Under the pieces are notes generated by a model. The model had not been told where the DNA came from and did no database searches. It saw nothing but the letters and a program-made list of their open reading frames with translations. Of a stretch of DNA of 64,000 nucleotides, positions 18,574 through 27,806 are shown in pieces (position 1 is the stretch's first letter; every line of letters starts with the position of its first letter). Source of the DNA: Thermoanaerobaculia bacterium. Lineage in GTDB: Bacteria; Acidobacteriota; Thermoanaerobaculia; UBA5066. Location of the stretch: NCBI GenBank assembly GCA_963719225.1, contig CAVRAY010000002.1, positions 224,001-288,000 of the forward strand, read 5' to 3'. Made by a program: the position numbers and the translations under genes.

Positions 18574-19689
18574 ATGTCCGCTCTCCCGTCTCCCTCGTCG
18601 ATCCCTCCCGCTCCTCCCGCGCCACCGGTGACGAACGGGCGGCTCGCGTCCGCCCTTCTCGCGCTCGCGGCCGCGGAAGAGCCGGCGAGCCGACGCGCCG
18701 CCGAATACCGCGCCGCCGCCAGGACGCTTCGCCAGCTCGGCGTCGATCTCTTCGGGCGCCGTGTCGCGGTCGTCGCCCTGCCGGGCGTTTCGTCCCGGGC
18801 CGCCGACGCGATCGCGGCGTTCCTCGCATGCGGCTCGGACGAGAACGTGGGCGACGCCCTCGCCGCGATGCTCGACCACGCCGATCCCGGCGCGCACCGC
18901 AAGGCGGACTTTCTCTCGCGCGCGGACGTGGAACGGATCCTCTCGGCGCCGACGGGAATCTCTCACGCGGATCTGCGCGGCGACGCTCATCTCCACACGG
19001 ACCGTTCGGACGGCCGGATGCTGCTCGCGGCTCTCCACCGCGCGCTCGAGGCGCGCGGCGACACCTATGCCCTCCTGACGGACCATGCGCGCGATTGCGC
19101 CGTCGCGGGCGGGCTCTTTCCCGCGGACTTCCGCGCCCAGCGGCGCGAGGTGGACGCCTTGAACGTCCGCGCCGGGACCTTCGCGATGTTCGTCGGAGCC
19201 GAGGCGAACATCGCCGAGGACGGATCGCTCGACGTGACGCCCCGGAGCGTCCCGGAGCTCGACGCCGTCGTCGCCTCCGTGCACACGGACCTGAGGAGCA
19301 CGCGGGACCAGACGGCGCGGCTCGTGCGCGCCGTCGAGACTCCGGGCGTCGCCGTCCTGGGCCACCCGAAGGGCCGCCTCTACGACATGCGCAGCGGCGT
19401 GCGCGCCGACTGGCCGCGGGTCTTCGCGACAGCCGCGGCATGCGGCGTGGCCATCGAGCTGAACGGATGCCCCGAACGCCTCGACCTGCCGCCCGTGCTC
19501 GCGCGGATCGCGGTCCAGGCGGGTTGTCTCTTTTCGATCTCGAGCGACGCGCACGCGGCCGCGCATCTCTCGTTCCTCGACTACGGCCTCGCCGTCGCGC
19601 GCCTCGCTCAGGTACCGAAGGAATGCGTCGTGAACACGTGGTCCCGCGACCGCTTCCGGGACTGGCTCGAAGAGCGCCGCGCCGGCTGA
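18574..19689 (+). CDS. PHP-domain phosphoesterase with a PolX-like N-terminal helical domain but no polymerase core
   Basis: LRGDAHLHTDRSDG, TDH, GAEANI, ASVH, LGHP.GR, IELNG.PERLDL, SSDAH. Confidence 0.8.
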   Translation: MSALPSPSSIPPAPPAPPVTNGRLASALLALAAAEEPASRRAAEYRAAARTLRQLGVDLFGRRVAVVALPGVSSRAADAIAAFLACGSDENVGDALAAMLDHADPGAHRKADFLSRADVERILSAPTGISHADLRGDAHLHTDRSDGRMLLAALHRALEARGDTYALLTDHARDCAVAGGLFPADFRAQRREVDALNVRAGTFAMFVGAEANIAEDGSLDVTPRSVPELDAVVASVHTDLRSTRDQTARLVRAVETPGVAVLGHPKGRLYDMRSGVRADWPRVFATAAACGVAIELNGCPERLDLPPVLARIAVQAGCLFSISSDAHAAAHLSFLDYGLAVARLAQVPKECVVNTWSRDRFRDWLEERRAG

Positions 19690-19695
19690 GGGCAA

Positions 19696-20727
19696 TCAGT
19701 CGTAGATGATCGACCCGGGATCGAAGCGATCCCCCGTGTCCGGCCCGCTCCACGTCCCGTGGTTCAGGTCGTAGTGCCAGCCGAAGGAGGTGTACGGCAC
19801 GCGGAAATACGTTCCGATCGTGAGCAGGGCCTTCCCCCACCATTTCGCTTCCGGCACGCCCGCCGCGAGGAGGATCTCGCGCAGGTTGAGGCCCAGCTCG
19901 ACGCCGACGTTCCGCTCGCGGAGCGGCGCCGCCGAATAGCGATAGCCCTTGGTCCCGTAAGTCAGTGAAAGCAGGAGGAAACGGGCCGGCCCCGCCCCGG
20001 CGCCGACACGCGGCAGAAAGCCCGCGAGCTTGAGGTCCGCCGAATAGATCTCCTTCGAGTAGTCATCGCCGTACCCGCCGTACCGGCAGCACGGGTCGGG
20101 TTTCAGGGCCTTCACGTAACCGAAACGAAGGCCGACCGTGTCCTCCAGGCTCCACGCGTCGAGACCCGTCGCGAGGGCCGCCCCGATCGCGTTCGCGGCG
20201 ATGTCTTCCCAGGCGAAGCCGTACTGCGAGAAACCGTCGCCGATCTCGATGAGAGCGCCCGCCGTCACCATGACGCCGAGGGCGAGGCCGCGTGCCTGGG
20301 CGGGCGTCTTGCCGAGGGACCGGTAGATGTTCTGCAGCGCGAGAGTCGAGACGTAGCCGAGGAAGACGTGCGACGCCTTGTCGGCCCCGCCGGCGTATGT
20401 GTCGCGCTGGAACCAGCGCTCGTTCGCGACTTCGAAAGTCGAACGGGACGACGTGCGCCACCAGGCGAAGTACCCGACGACCGGGAAGCCGACGAGAACC
20501 GCCGCCGTCACGAGCGAGGTCTTGCGGTCGAAGAGTCGCGGCGGCGCCGGAACGGAAGCCGCGGCCGCGAGCGGCGGAGGCGGAGGCTCTCCGGCGAGGT
20601 GGAAGCCGTCGGGAGCGCGCTCGAAGGCGTCCGCGGGCCGGTCGAATCCGAGGATCGCCGCCGACAGCCGGCCGGAGAGGACGAAAAGGAGCGCAGCGAA
20701 GGCCGCGGCGCGACGCCGCACCCTCAC
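19696..20727 (-). CDS. DUF2279/YfiM-like protein
   Basis: WF..DTYAGGADK.SH, EIGDGFS.YGF.WEDI.AN..G; GTGA overlap with the upstream gene. Confidence 0.7.
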   Translation of the reverse strand: MRVRRRAAAFAALLFVLSGRLSAAILGFDRPADAFERAPDGFHLAGEPPPPPLAAAASVPAPPRLFDRKTSLVTAAVLVGFPVVGYFAWWRTSSRSTFEVANERWFQRDTYAGGADKASHVFLGYVSTLALQNIYRSLGKTPAQARGLALGVMVTAGALIEIGDGFSQYGFAWEDIAANAIGAALATGLDAWSLEDTVGLRFGYVKALKPDPCCRYGGYGDDYSKEIYSADLKLAGFLPRVGAGAGPARFLLLSLTYGTKGYRYSAAPLRERNVGVELGLNLREILLAAGVPEAKWWGKALLTIGTYFRVPYTSFGWHYDLNHGTWSGPDTGDRFDPGSIIYD

Positions 20728-21362
20728 AGGGTCAGGTGGCGGGCCTTCGCGAGAGAGCGCGTCTTCTCGAGGGCCTCCGCGGCCCTTTTCTCGAGGTCGT
20801 CGGCATCCTCGCGGAATCCCCGCGAAAGGTCCGGGGCGGAGACGCCCGGCAGGTTGATCCTGACGTTCGCGAGCGCGCCGAGCGTCGCGCCGTGGAGGAG
20901 GAGGGCCGCGACCCACGCGTCGGACGCCGCGTTCGGGTTGCCCTTTTCGAGCACCACGGGCGCGGTCTTCAGGGCCTCGTGCGCGAAGAAGGCCGTCTGC
21001 ATCGGCACCGTGGTCGCGAGGAGGTTCGCCTCGTCGACCGCGCGCGTCCTTTCCGCCGCGGCCTCCGGCGTGTCCTTCGGAAGGCGCCTCGCGGCCACGA
21101 CGGCGTCGAAGGCCTTCGTGTCCGCGTCGACGAGCTCGAGGAGGCGGACGCGGGCCTCCTCGAGCCGGGGGGCGACGGGTTCGAGCTCCAGCCACGAGGT
21201 GCGGTATTTCTCCTTGCCGAGCGTGAGGCGAACGACCATCGCGAGAAGAGCCGCGCCCGAGGCCCCGGTCGCGGCCGCGGCAGAGCCCCCGCCCGGAGCC
21301 GGGGCGTCGGACGCGAGGGCCGAAGAGAAATCGGAGACGGAGAGCGTCACGAGATCCGTCAT
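20724..21362 (-). CDS. Cyclodeaminase/cyclohydrolase family protein (FTCD C-terminal-like)
   Basis: LASDAPAPGGGSAAA, MV.RLT.GK, D.D..AF, GNPNA.SDA, NVRINL. Confidence 0.88.
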   Translation of the reverse strand: MTDLVTLSVSDFSSALASDAPAPGGGSAAAATGASGAALLAMVVRLTLGKEKYRTSWLELEPVAPRLEEARVRLLELVDADTKAFDAVVAARRLPKDTPEAAAERTRAVDEANLLATTVPMQTAFFAHEALKTAPVVLEKGNPNAASDAWVAALLLHGATLGALANVRINLPGVSAPDLSRGFREDADDLEKRAAEALEKTRSLAKARHLTL

Positions 21363-22651
21363 GACGCGCGCGAGCCTAACAGGTCGCCGCGGGAGACCAC
21401 GTGCTCTCCCCCGACGAAAACGTCCGACACGAGGTTGACGCCCCAGTGATAGACGAGGTGCTCGAGAGAGGGAGCGTCGAGAAGGACGATGTCGGCGCGC
21501 TTGCCCACGTCGAGGGACCCTCGCACCTTCGCCTCGTCGACCGACGCGGCCGCGTTTAGGGTCATCGCCGTGAGCGTCTCCTCAACGGTGAGGCCCATGC
21601 CGAGGGAGGCGAGGAACGCGACGGCAGGCAGCGACTCGGTGTAAGAGGACCCCGGGTTGCAGTCCGTCCCGAGCGCGACCGCGACGCCGCGCTCGATCAT
21701 CCGGCGCGCCGGCGCGTAGCGGTTCATCCGCAGAAAGACGCTCGTGCCGGGGAGAAGGGTCGCCACGACTCCGGCCCTGGCCATCGCGTCGATGCCGCTG
21801 TCCGTCGCATAGAGGAGGTGATCGGCGGAAAGCGCCGAGACCTCGGCCGCGAGGGAAGCGCCGCCGAGAGGCGTCAGCTCGTCGGCATGGACGCGCGCCC
21901 CGAGCCCCAGGGCCTTTCCGGCCTCGAGGATCGCACGCGATTCTTCCACGGAGAAGACGCCCTCCTCGCAGAAGACGTCGACGAAACGCGCGCCCCCTTC
22001 CGCGAGGGCGGGGAGGATCTCGGCGCGGCATTCCTCGACGTAACGGCGCTTGAGAGCGTCCGATGAGCGGCGCTCCGGCGGAACTTCGTGGGCGGGCAGC
22101 GCCGTGGCCGCGACGCCGACCGGATGGCCTTTCGCGCCCGAGAGCAACGCGCGAAGCTGCTTTTCTTCGTTCGGAAGGTCGAGGCCGTATCCCGTCTTCG
22201 CCTCGCAGAAGGTCGTCCCGTGCCCGAGCATGAGGTCGAGGCGCCGACGCACGTTCCTCCGGAGCGTCTCCTCGGAGGCGGCACGCGTCGCCGAGACGGT
22301 CGCGAGGATGCCGCCGCCTTTGGCGGCGATCTGGGCGTACGTCTCCCCTTTCAGGCGGCGGTTGAACTCTTCCTCGCGGAACCCTTCCCACGGCAGATGT
22401 GTGTGCGCATCGACGAAACCGGGCACGGCCGTCCTGCGGCGGCCGTCCAGAACGGTTTCCTCCGCTCCGGGAATCTCCCCGTAGAGGCGCGCGAACTCCA
22501 GATCCGTGCCCGCGAAGGCGACGAGGCCGTTCTCCACGAGGAGCGCCGCGTCCCTGATGCGACGGATGGCGCCCTGGGCGGCGCCGGCGCGGGCCGAAAC
22601 TCCCTCCGGTGTCGCCAGCTCGGCGAGATGCCGGACGGACAGCCGATTCAG
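21359..22651 (-). CDS. hutI: Imidazolonepropionase
   Basis: PGFVDAHTH, GGGILATV, EAKTGYGL, DVFCE, HADEL, SADHL, TDCNPGSS. The conserved N-terminal strand extends to a CTG at 22651; the first canonical start is 22537. Confidence 0.92.
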   Translation of the reverse strand: MNRLSVRHLAELATPEGVSARAGAAQGAIRRIRDAALLVENGLVAFAGTDLEFARLYGEIPGAEETVLDGRRRTAVPGFVDAHTHLPWEGFREEEFNRRLKGETYAQIAAKGGGILATVSATRAASEETLRRNVRRRLDLMLGHGTTFCEAKTGYGLDLPNEEKQLRALLSGAKGHPVGVAATALPAHEVPPERRSSDALKRRYVEECRAEILPALAEGGARFVDVFCEEGVFSVEESRAILEAGKALGLGARVHADELTPLGGASLAAEVSALSADHLLYATDSGIDAMARAGVVATLLPGTSVFLRMNRYAPARRMIERGVAVALGTDCNPGSSYTESLPAVAFLASLGMGLTVEETLTAMTLNAAASVDEAKVRGSLDVGKRADIVLLDAPSLEHLVYHWGVNLVSDVFVGGEHVVSRGDLLGSRAS

Positions 22652-23163
22652 GCCGTCTCTCCCTCGCGCTTCTTCGGCCGATGGATGGAGATCGAGCTTT
22701 CGAGCTCGTCCTCTTCCTTGTCGAAGTTCAACACCTGCTGGAAGAGGTCGATCGTGCTCTGGAGCTTCAGCTGGAAGTTGCGCCTCTCCATGCGCAGCTC
22801 GCGGATCTTCTTCTCCGTCTCGGCCATCCGCACGAACGACTGCTGCACCATCCGATCGGCTTTTGCCTCGGCCTCCCCCACGATGCGGCCGGCGTCCTTC
22901 TCGCTCGACTCACGCAGGCTGTCGGCCGAGCGCTGGGCGAGAAGGAGCGTCTCCTTCAACGTGGCTTCCGTGTCGCGGTGCCTGGTGTTCTCCTCGCGAA
23001 GCCGCGCGTTTTCGCGCTCGAGCTGGTCCAGCTCGCGAGACATCTCCTCGAGGTCCTCGGCGAGAGCCTCGAGAAACTGCGTCACGTCTGCGGGGTCGAA
23101 GCCGCGAAAGCGCTTCGGAAAGAGCCTCTTGCGGATCTCGAGCGCGCTGATTGTGGGTCTCAT
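22648..23163 (-). CDS. divIVA: DivIVA domain coiled-coil protein
   Basis: ISALEIRKRLFPKRFRGFDPADV..FL, followed by a coiled coil. Confidence 0.85.
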   Translation of the reverse strand: MRPTISALEIRKRLFPKRFRGFDPADVTQFLEALAEDLEEMSRELDQLERENARLREENTRHRDTEATLKETLLLAQRSADSLRESSEKDAGRIVGEAEAKADRMVQQSFVRMAETEKKIRELRMERRNFQLKLQSTIDLFQQVLNFDKEEDELESSISIHRPKKREGETA

Positions 23164-23192
23164 GGGAGGATTATAAACCCTTTGGACTCAAA

Positions 23193-23867
23193 TCAATGCA
23201 CGCGAAAGTCACGTCCCGTGTCGACGACCGTGAAGCGCCGGCGACGAAACGGATTCCGCATTCGCGGGAAGCGCGGCCCTCCGCCCCTGAAGCCGCGGAC
23301 GAAGAGCCACGCCACCGGCAGGCCGCCGAGGACGAAGAGAAGGCGCAGGGGCGAGCGCGTTGCTTGCAGTTCGGAGAAGACGGCCAGGACGAGCGCGAGG
23401 ATTGCGAAGCCCAGACGGGTCATCGGAAGAACGCCGAAGAACGTGAGCTTCTGAGAGGGTCCCTCGAGCATCCACGCGAAGATCAGGGCGAGGAGCGGCG
23501 GCGTGAACCCGGCGCCGCCTCCCACGAAGAGCCCGAGCATCGCGGCTGCCGCGGTCGCCCACAGGAGGAAGAGCGCGTACCGCCTCGAGCCCCATCGCGG
23601 CTCGATCTCGCTGCCGAAGCTCCAGGCCAGGAGGAGGTCGAACAGGACGCTCACGATCGACGTCTCGAGGAACGCGTACGTGACGAGCCGCCAGACCTGT
23701 CCCGCGAAAACGGCTCCTGGCACGAGGGCGAGCCACATTGCCGCTCCGGGGGCCGCGAGGGTCAGCAGATAGCCCGCCGCGACGAGGACGAGCAACGCGC
23801 GGGTGACCGGCGGGATACGACGCCAGCCCGGCGGCGTGACGAACCGCATCTGGTACGACGGCCTCAT
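23193..23867 (-). CDS. Rhomboid-like / DUF1751 membrane protein
   Basis: GQVWRLVTYAFL, FGSEIE.RWGSRR; no GxSG motif or catalytic His seen. Confidence 0.7.
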   Translation of the reverse strand: MRPSYQMRFVTPPGWRRIPPVTRALLVLVAAGYLLTLAAPGAAMWLALVPGAVFAGQVWRLVTYAFLETSIVSVLFDLLLAWSFGSEIEPRWGSRRYALFLLWATAAAAMLGLFVGGGAGFTPPLLALIFAWMLEGPSQKLTFFGVLPMTRLGFAILALVLAVFSELQATRSPLRLLFVLGGLPVAWLFVRGFRGGGPRFPRMRNPFRRRRFTVVDTGRDFRVH

Positions 23868-23921
23868 CGCTCGCAGGTTATCAAGAGGAACCCGGAACCC
23901 TCCGACTCGCCTATTCCCCTT

Positions 23922-24611
23922 CTAAGAAATCCCTCTCTTCGTTTCCCGCGCCCCGAAAATCGCGCTGCCGACCCGTACGAGCGTCGCACCCTCCTCGATG
24001 GCGGCCTCGAAGTCGTCGCTCATCCCCATCGAGAGCTCCTCGAGGCCGAGCGTTTCGCCGAGGCGCCGGAGGGTCGCGAAGTGCTCGCGCGAGCTTCCCG
24101 GGGGCGGGATCGTCATGAGCCCTCTGAGGTCGAGCGACGGCAGCGCCTTCACGGACGCCACGAGCTGCGCAGCCGCATCCGGCCCGACGCCCGCCTTCGT
24201 GGTTTCTTCGCCCAGCCGGACCTGAACGAGGACGGGAAGGCGCTTCCCCGCCGCTCGCGCTGCGCGGTCGAGCCGCCGGGCGAGATCGTCGGAGTCGACC
24301 GTTTCGACGATCGCGGCGATCTTCGCGGCCCGGTTCGCCTTGTTCGACTGGATCGGCCCGATGAGGTGGCCCGCTGCATCCGCCGGCAGGCGCGGAAATT
24401 TATCCTCCGCCTCCTGCACGCGGTTTTCGCCGAATGCGCGCACGCCTGCCGCATGGGCCGCGAGGAGGTCGGAGAGCGGATACGTCTTTCCGACGGCGAC
24501 GAGGAGGACGGAGTCCTTCGCCCGGCCGCACCGCGCGGCGGCCTCGGCGATGCGCCGCGTGACGTCGGCGACGCGCGCGGCGATCTCCTTCTCCCGCGTC
24601 AGATCCGGCAT
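23922..24611 (-). CDS. yggS: PLP homeostasis protein
   Basis: LVAVGKT, FGENRVQE, HLIGPIQSNK, GLMTIPP, LSMGMSDDFE.AIEEGATLVRVGSAIFG. Confidence 0.95.
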   Translation of the reverse strand: MPDLTREKEIAARVADVTRRIAEAAARCGRAKDSVLLVAVGKTYPLSDLLAAHAAGVRAFGENRVQEAEDKFPRLPADAAGHLIGPIQSNKANRAAKIAAIVETVDSDDLARRLDRAARAAGKRLPVLVQVRLGEETTKAGVGPDAAAQLVASVKALPSLDLRGLMTIPPPGSSREHFATLRRLGETLGLEELSMGMSDDFEAAIEEGATLVRVGSAIFGARETKRGIS

Positions 24612-24615
24612 CGCG

Positions 24616-25026
24616 TCACGAGCGCGAAGGGAGAGTCGCGTCGAGCGCGCGGTTCGCGAGAGCGTCCGCTTCGCTGTTCTCCTCGCGCCGGACGTGGACG
24701 ATGCAGAGGCGCTCGATCCCGCGCGCCTTCCGACGCGCCTCCTCCAGGAAGGAGGCGAGATGCGGCGCCTTCATCCGGTACTCACCGGAGAACTGCCTCA
24801 GGACGAGCTGGCTGTCGGCACGGATCTCGACGTCGCGGGCGCCGGAGGCGAGAGCGAGGTCGAGGGCCGCGAGAAAGCCGCGCCATTCGGCGACGTTGTT
24901 CGTCGTCGTGCCGAGCCTCCTCGAATCCGAGAGTCCCGCGGGCGACCAGACCCCGTAGGATGCGGGTCCCGGATTCCCCCGCGACGCCCCGTCGAAGTAC
25001 AGGACGAGGCGCTCCTGGGCCTTCAC
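24616..25026 (-). CDS. rnhA: Ribonuclease HI family protein
   Basis: YFDGASRGNPG, TNNVAEW, DSQLV.RQ, HVRREEN.EAD.LAN; GTGA overlap with the upstream gene. Confidence 0.9.
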   Translation of the reverse strand: MKAQERLVLYFDGASRGNPGPASYGVWSPAGLSDSRRLGTTTNNVAEWRGFLAALDLALASGARDVEIRADSQLVLRQFSGEYRMKAPHLASFLEEARRKARGIERLCIVHVRREENSEADALANRALDATLPSRS

Positions 25027-25742
25027 GGAATCCAGTAGAGGATCCGCTTGCAGCTTTCGCAGAAGACCGTCTCTTTCGAAAGCCTGAGGTCCGAGAGAAG
25101 CTGCGGGCGAAGTCGTACGTGGCACGCCGAACAGGCGGCCGTCTGCGGCCCGACCATGTCGACGCGGGCCACCGCCACACCGGAGCGCTTGTGCCGGATC
25201 TGCTCGAACGTCTTGAGGAGCCGCGGCTCGAGCTCGGCCCTCAGGCTCTTGGCCCGCGCGTTCGCCCGGGCGATCTCGGCGTCGAGGACGGCCTGCTCCG
25301 CCCGCCACTCCTTCATCTGCTCCTCGTATCCCGCCTCTTCGGCGGGGAACTCCTCGTCACGCCGATCCAGCTCCGTCGAAGATCCGGCGACCGTCTCGTC
25401 GAGGGACAGGAGCTCGTCCTCCCGGGTCCTCACCTCGCGCTTGATCCCGTCGATCTCGTTCAGCAAAGCGCTGTATTCGCGGCTCGTCTTCACCGACTGG
25501 AGCTGCTGCTGGTACTTCTTGAGGTGCTCGTTGAGATCCTGGACTTCGCCGTCAAGCGTCTTCTTGCGCTCCTCGGCCTGCGAGAGGACGGCCCCGGCGG
25601 CTTCCCGCTGGCGTCGCGCGTCCCGGTAGGCCGCCTCGATGTGGACGAGGTGGTCCGGGGTCTTGTCCCGGCGTTCGGTTTTCTGGTGAACCTCGAGAAG
25701 AACCTCCTGGAGCAGAAAGAGCCTGTCGAGCGGACTCGTCAT
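25023..25742 (-). CDS. Coiled-coil C4-type zinc-ribbon protein (CT398/DUF164-like)
   Basis: Long coiled coil with REYSALLNEI; C-terminal CSAC...CESCKRILY. Confidence 0.88.
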   Translation of the reverse strand: MTSPLDRLFLLQEVLLEVHQKTERRDKTPDHLVHIEAAYRDARRQREAAGAVLSQAEERKKTLDGEVQDLNEHLKKYQQQLQSVKTSREYSALLNEIDGIKREVRTREDELLSLDETVAGSSTELDRRDEEFPAEEAGYEEQMKEWRAEQAVLDAEIARANARAKSLRAELEPRLLKTFEQIRHKRSGVAVARVDMVGPQTAACSACHVRLRPQLLSDLRLSKETVFCESCKRILYWIP

Positions 25743-25789
25743 CGTCGCGCTCACCTCGTCATTCCGATCATCTGAACCCCCTAGAAACG

Positions 25790-25813
25790 AAAAAGGGCGC
25801 CTCAACGGCGCCC
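25790..25813 (-). terminator. Rho-independent terminator after tRNA
   Basis: Minus strand GGGCGCC-GTTGA-GGCGCCC-TTTTT. Confidence 0.7.
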
Positions 25814-25914
25814 GGTTGGACGGATCCCCGGCACTCGAAAGCGCCCGTGGGATCGGAAATGTTTCGTCGCGCCCGGATGTCTGTCTCCCTCTCGGTCCCG
25901 TCGGAACCGTCCGG

Positions 25915-25987
25915 TGGGTCCGCCTGGATTCGAACCAGGGACCCGCCGGTTATGAGCCGGTGGCTCTGACCGCTGAGCTACGGACCC
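25915..25987 (-). tRNA. tRNA with CAT anticodon, probably tRNA-Ile2 (lysidine)
   Basis: GGGTCCG/CGGACCC acceptor stem, GCTC/GAGC D-stem, CTCATAA loop, TTCGAAT T-loop. No initiator features; follows rpoD; genomic 3' end is CCG, not CCA. Confidence 0.93.
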
Positions 25988-26014
25988 CGACGGCCGAAGG
26001 GCAATGATAGCACG

Positions 26015-27763
26015 CTACTGCCCGACATCCACGAACGGCCGCAGCTTCTTCGCCCGCGACGGGTGCCGCAGCTTCCGGAGCGCCTTGCTCTCGATCTGCC
26101 GGATGCGCTCGCGCGTCACGTTGAAGCTCTTCCCCACTTCCTCGAGCGTGTGCTCCGACCCGTCGCCGACTCCGAAGCGCATGCGCAGGACCTGCTCCTC
26201 GCGCGGGGTGAGCGTCTTGAGCGTCCTCCGTGTCTGGTCCTTGAGGTTCGCGACGATCACGGCGTCGATCGGCGAGATGACCTGGCGGTCCTCGATGAAG
26301 TCGCCGAGGTGCGAATCCTCCTCCTCCCCGATGGGCGTCTCGAGGGAGATCGGCTCCTGCGCGATCTTCATGATCTTGCGGACCTTCGACGCGGGCATGT
26401 CCATCCGCTTGGCGATCTCCTCGGCGGTCGGCTCGCGGCCGAGCTCCTGCACGAGCGAGCGCTGCGTGCGTGTGAGCTTGTTGATCGTCTCGATCATGTG
26501 GACCGGGATTCGGATCGTGCGCGCCTGGTCCGCGATCGCGCGCGTGATGGCCTGGCGGATCCACCACGTCGCGTACGTCGAGAACTTGTAGCCGCGGCGG
26601 TACTCGAACTTCTCGACGGCCTTCATGAGGCCGATGTTCCCCTCCTGGATGAGGTCGAGGAACTGGAGCCCGCGATTCGTGTACTTCTTCGCGATGGAGA
26701 CGACGAGGCGCAGGTTCGCGACGATGAGCTCCTGCTTGGCCTGGTCGGCCTCGCCCTCGCCTTCGCGGATGAGCTTCATCGTCCGCTTGATCTCGTCGTG
26801 GTCGATCCGGTACTTCTCCTCGAGCTCCTTGAGCATTTGCCGGTACTTTCCGACGCGCCGCTTGTAGAAGTCGCGCCGGACCTCGTTCTTCTCCTTCTTG
26901 AGGTTCCCGACGTCCTGCCGGATCGTGGCCTCGGGCATCGCGAACTGCCGGTCGAGGTCCTTCAGCATGTTGACCATGCGCAGGAGCGTCGCCGGCGTGA
27001 AGTCGATCGCGTGGATGAGGCGCGCGATCTCGGAGATGCGCCGGTCGATCGCCGGATCGACGACGGGGACGGGCTTCGTGGGCGGCACGGGCTTCCCCGC
27101 CGCCTTCGCCTTCGCATGGACGAGCGCCTTGACGGTGAGCTTCTTCGGCTTCAGCGCCGGCCTCTTGCGGTCGGCGAGCTTCCGAAGCTCTCCGTCGAGT
27201 CTCGCGATCTTCTCGAAGTGTTTCTGGATCGATCCGATGCGGTTCGCCGTGCGCGGATCGATCTCGTCGGCCTCCTCGAGGGCGGCTGCGGCGAATTCCA
27301 GGAACCCGCGCGCGACGTTCTTGTCCTTCTTCGCCTGCTCGACGATCTTCAGGATCTCGCCGAGGACGACCTTGTTCGTCGAGAGCGCGCGGTAGATCTT
27401 CGCTTCGCCGTTCTCGATGCGACGGGCGATCGAGACCTCGCCTTCGCGGTCGAGAAGCTTCACCGTGCCCATCTCGCGCAGGTACATGCGCACCGGGTCG
27501 TTCGTCTTCTCGACGGTCGCCGGGTCCGGCACCGTCGTCTCGGAGCCGGCGGCCGGTCCGGCCTTCTTCGTCGCCTTCTCGGGGACGTCCACGACTTCGA
27601 TGCCGTAGTCCCCGAACCGGATGTAGATCTCATCCAGCTCGTCCGGAGCGTTCGCGAGCTCCTCGGGCAGGGCCTGGTAGATCTCATCGTAGAGCAGGTA
27701 GCCCCGCTCCTTGCCGAGGTTGATCAGCGTTCTGACTTCGGGGTGCTTTTCTTCTACCGTCAC
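26015..27763 (-). CDS. rpoD: RNA polymerase primary sigma factor
   Basis: [54 protein letters not shown]. Confidence 0.97.
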   Translation of the reverse strand: MTVEEKHPEVRTLINLGKERGYLLYDEIYQALPEELANAPDELDEIYIRFGDYGIEVVDVPEKATKKAGPAAGSETTVPDPATVEKTNDPVRMYLREMGTVKLLDREGEVSIARRIENGEAKIYRALSTNKVVLGEILKIVEQAKKDKNVARGFLEFAAAALEEADEIDPRTANRIGSIQKHFEKIARLDGELRKLADRKRPALKPKKLTVKALVHAKAKAAGKPVPPTKPVPVVDPAIDRRISEIARLIHAIDFTPATLLRMVNMLKDLDRQFAMPEATIRQDVGNLKKEKNEVRRDFYKRRVGKYRQMLKELEEKYRIDHDEIKRTMKLIREGEGEADQAKQELIVANLRLVVSIAKKYTNRGLQFLDLIQEGNIGLMKAVEKFEYRRGYKFSTYATWWIRQAITRAIADQARTIRIPVHMIETINKLTRTQRSLVQELGREPTAEEIAKRMDMPASKVRKIMKIAQEPISLETPIGEEEDSHLGDFIEDRQVISPIDAVIVANLKDQTRRTLKTLTPREEQVLRMRFGVGDGSEHTLEEVGKSFNVTRERIRQIESKALRKLRHPSRAKKLRPFVDVGQ

Positions 27764-27806
27764 CGACTTCTCACTTCCACGCGCGCCCGGGAGACCCCGG
27801 GGCGCT

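Noticed and set aside
25915-25987. tRNA as integration site for an island
   Set aside because: No integrase and no duplicated tRNA 3' end seen; the flanks are housekeeping genes.
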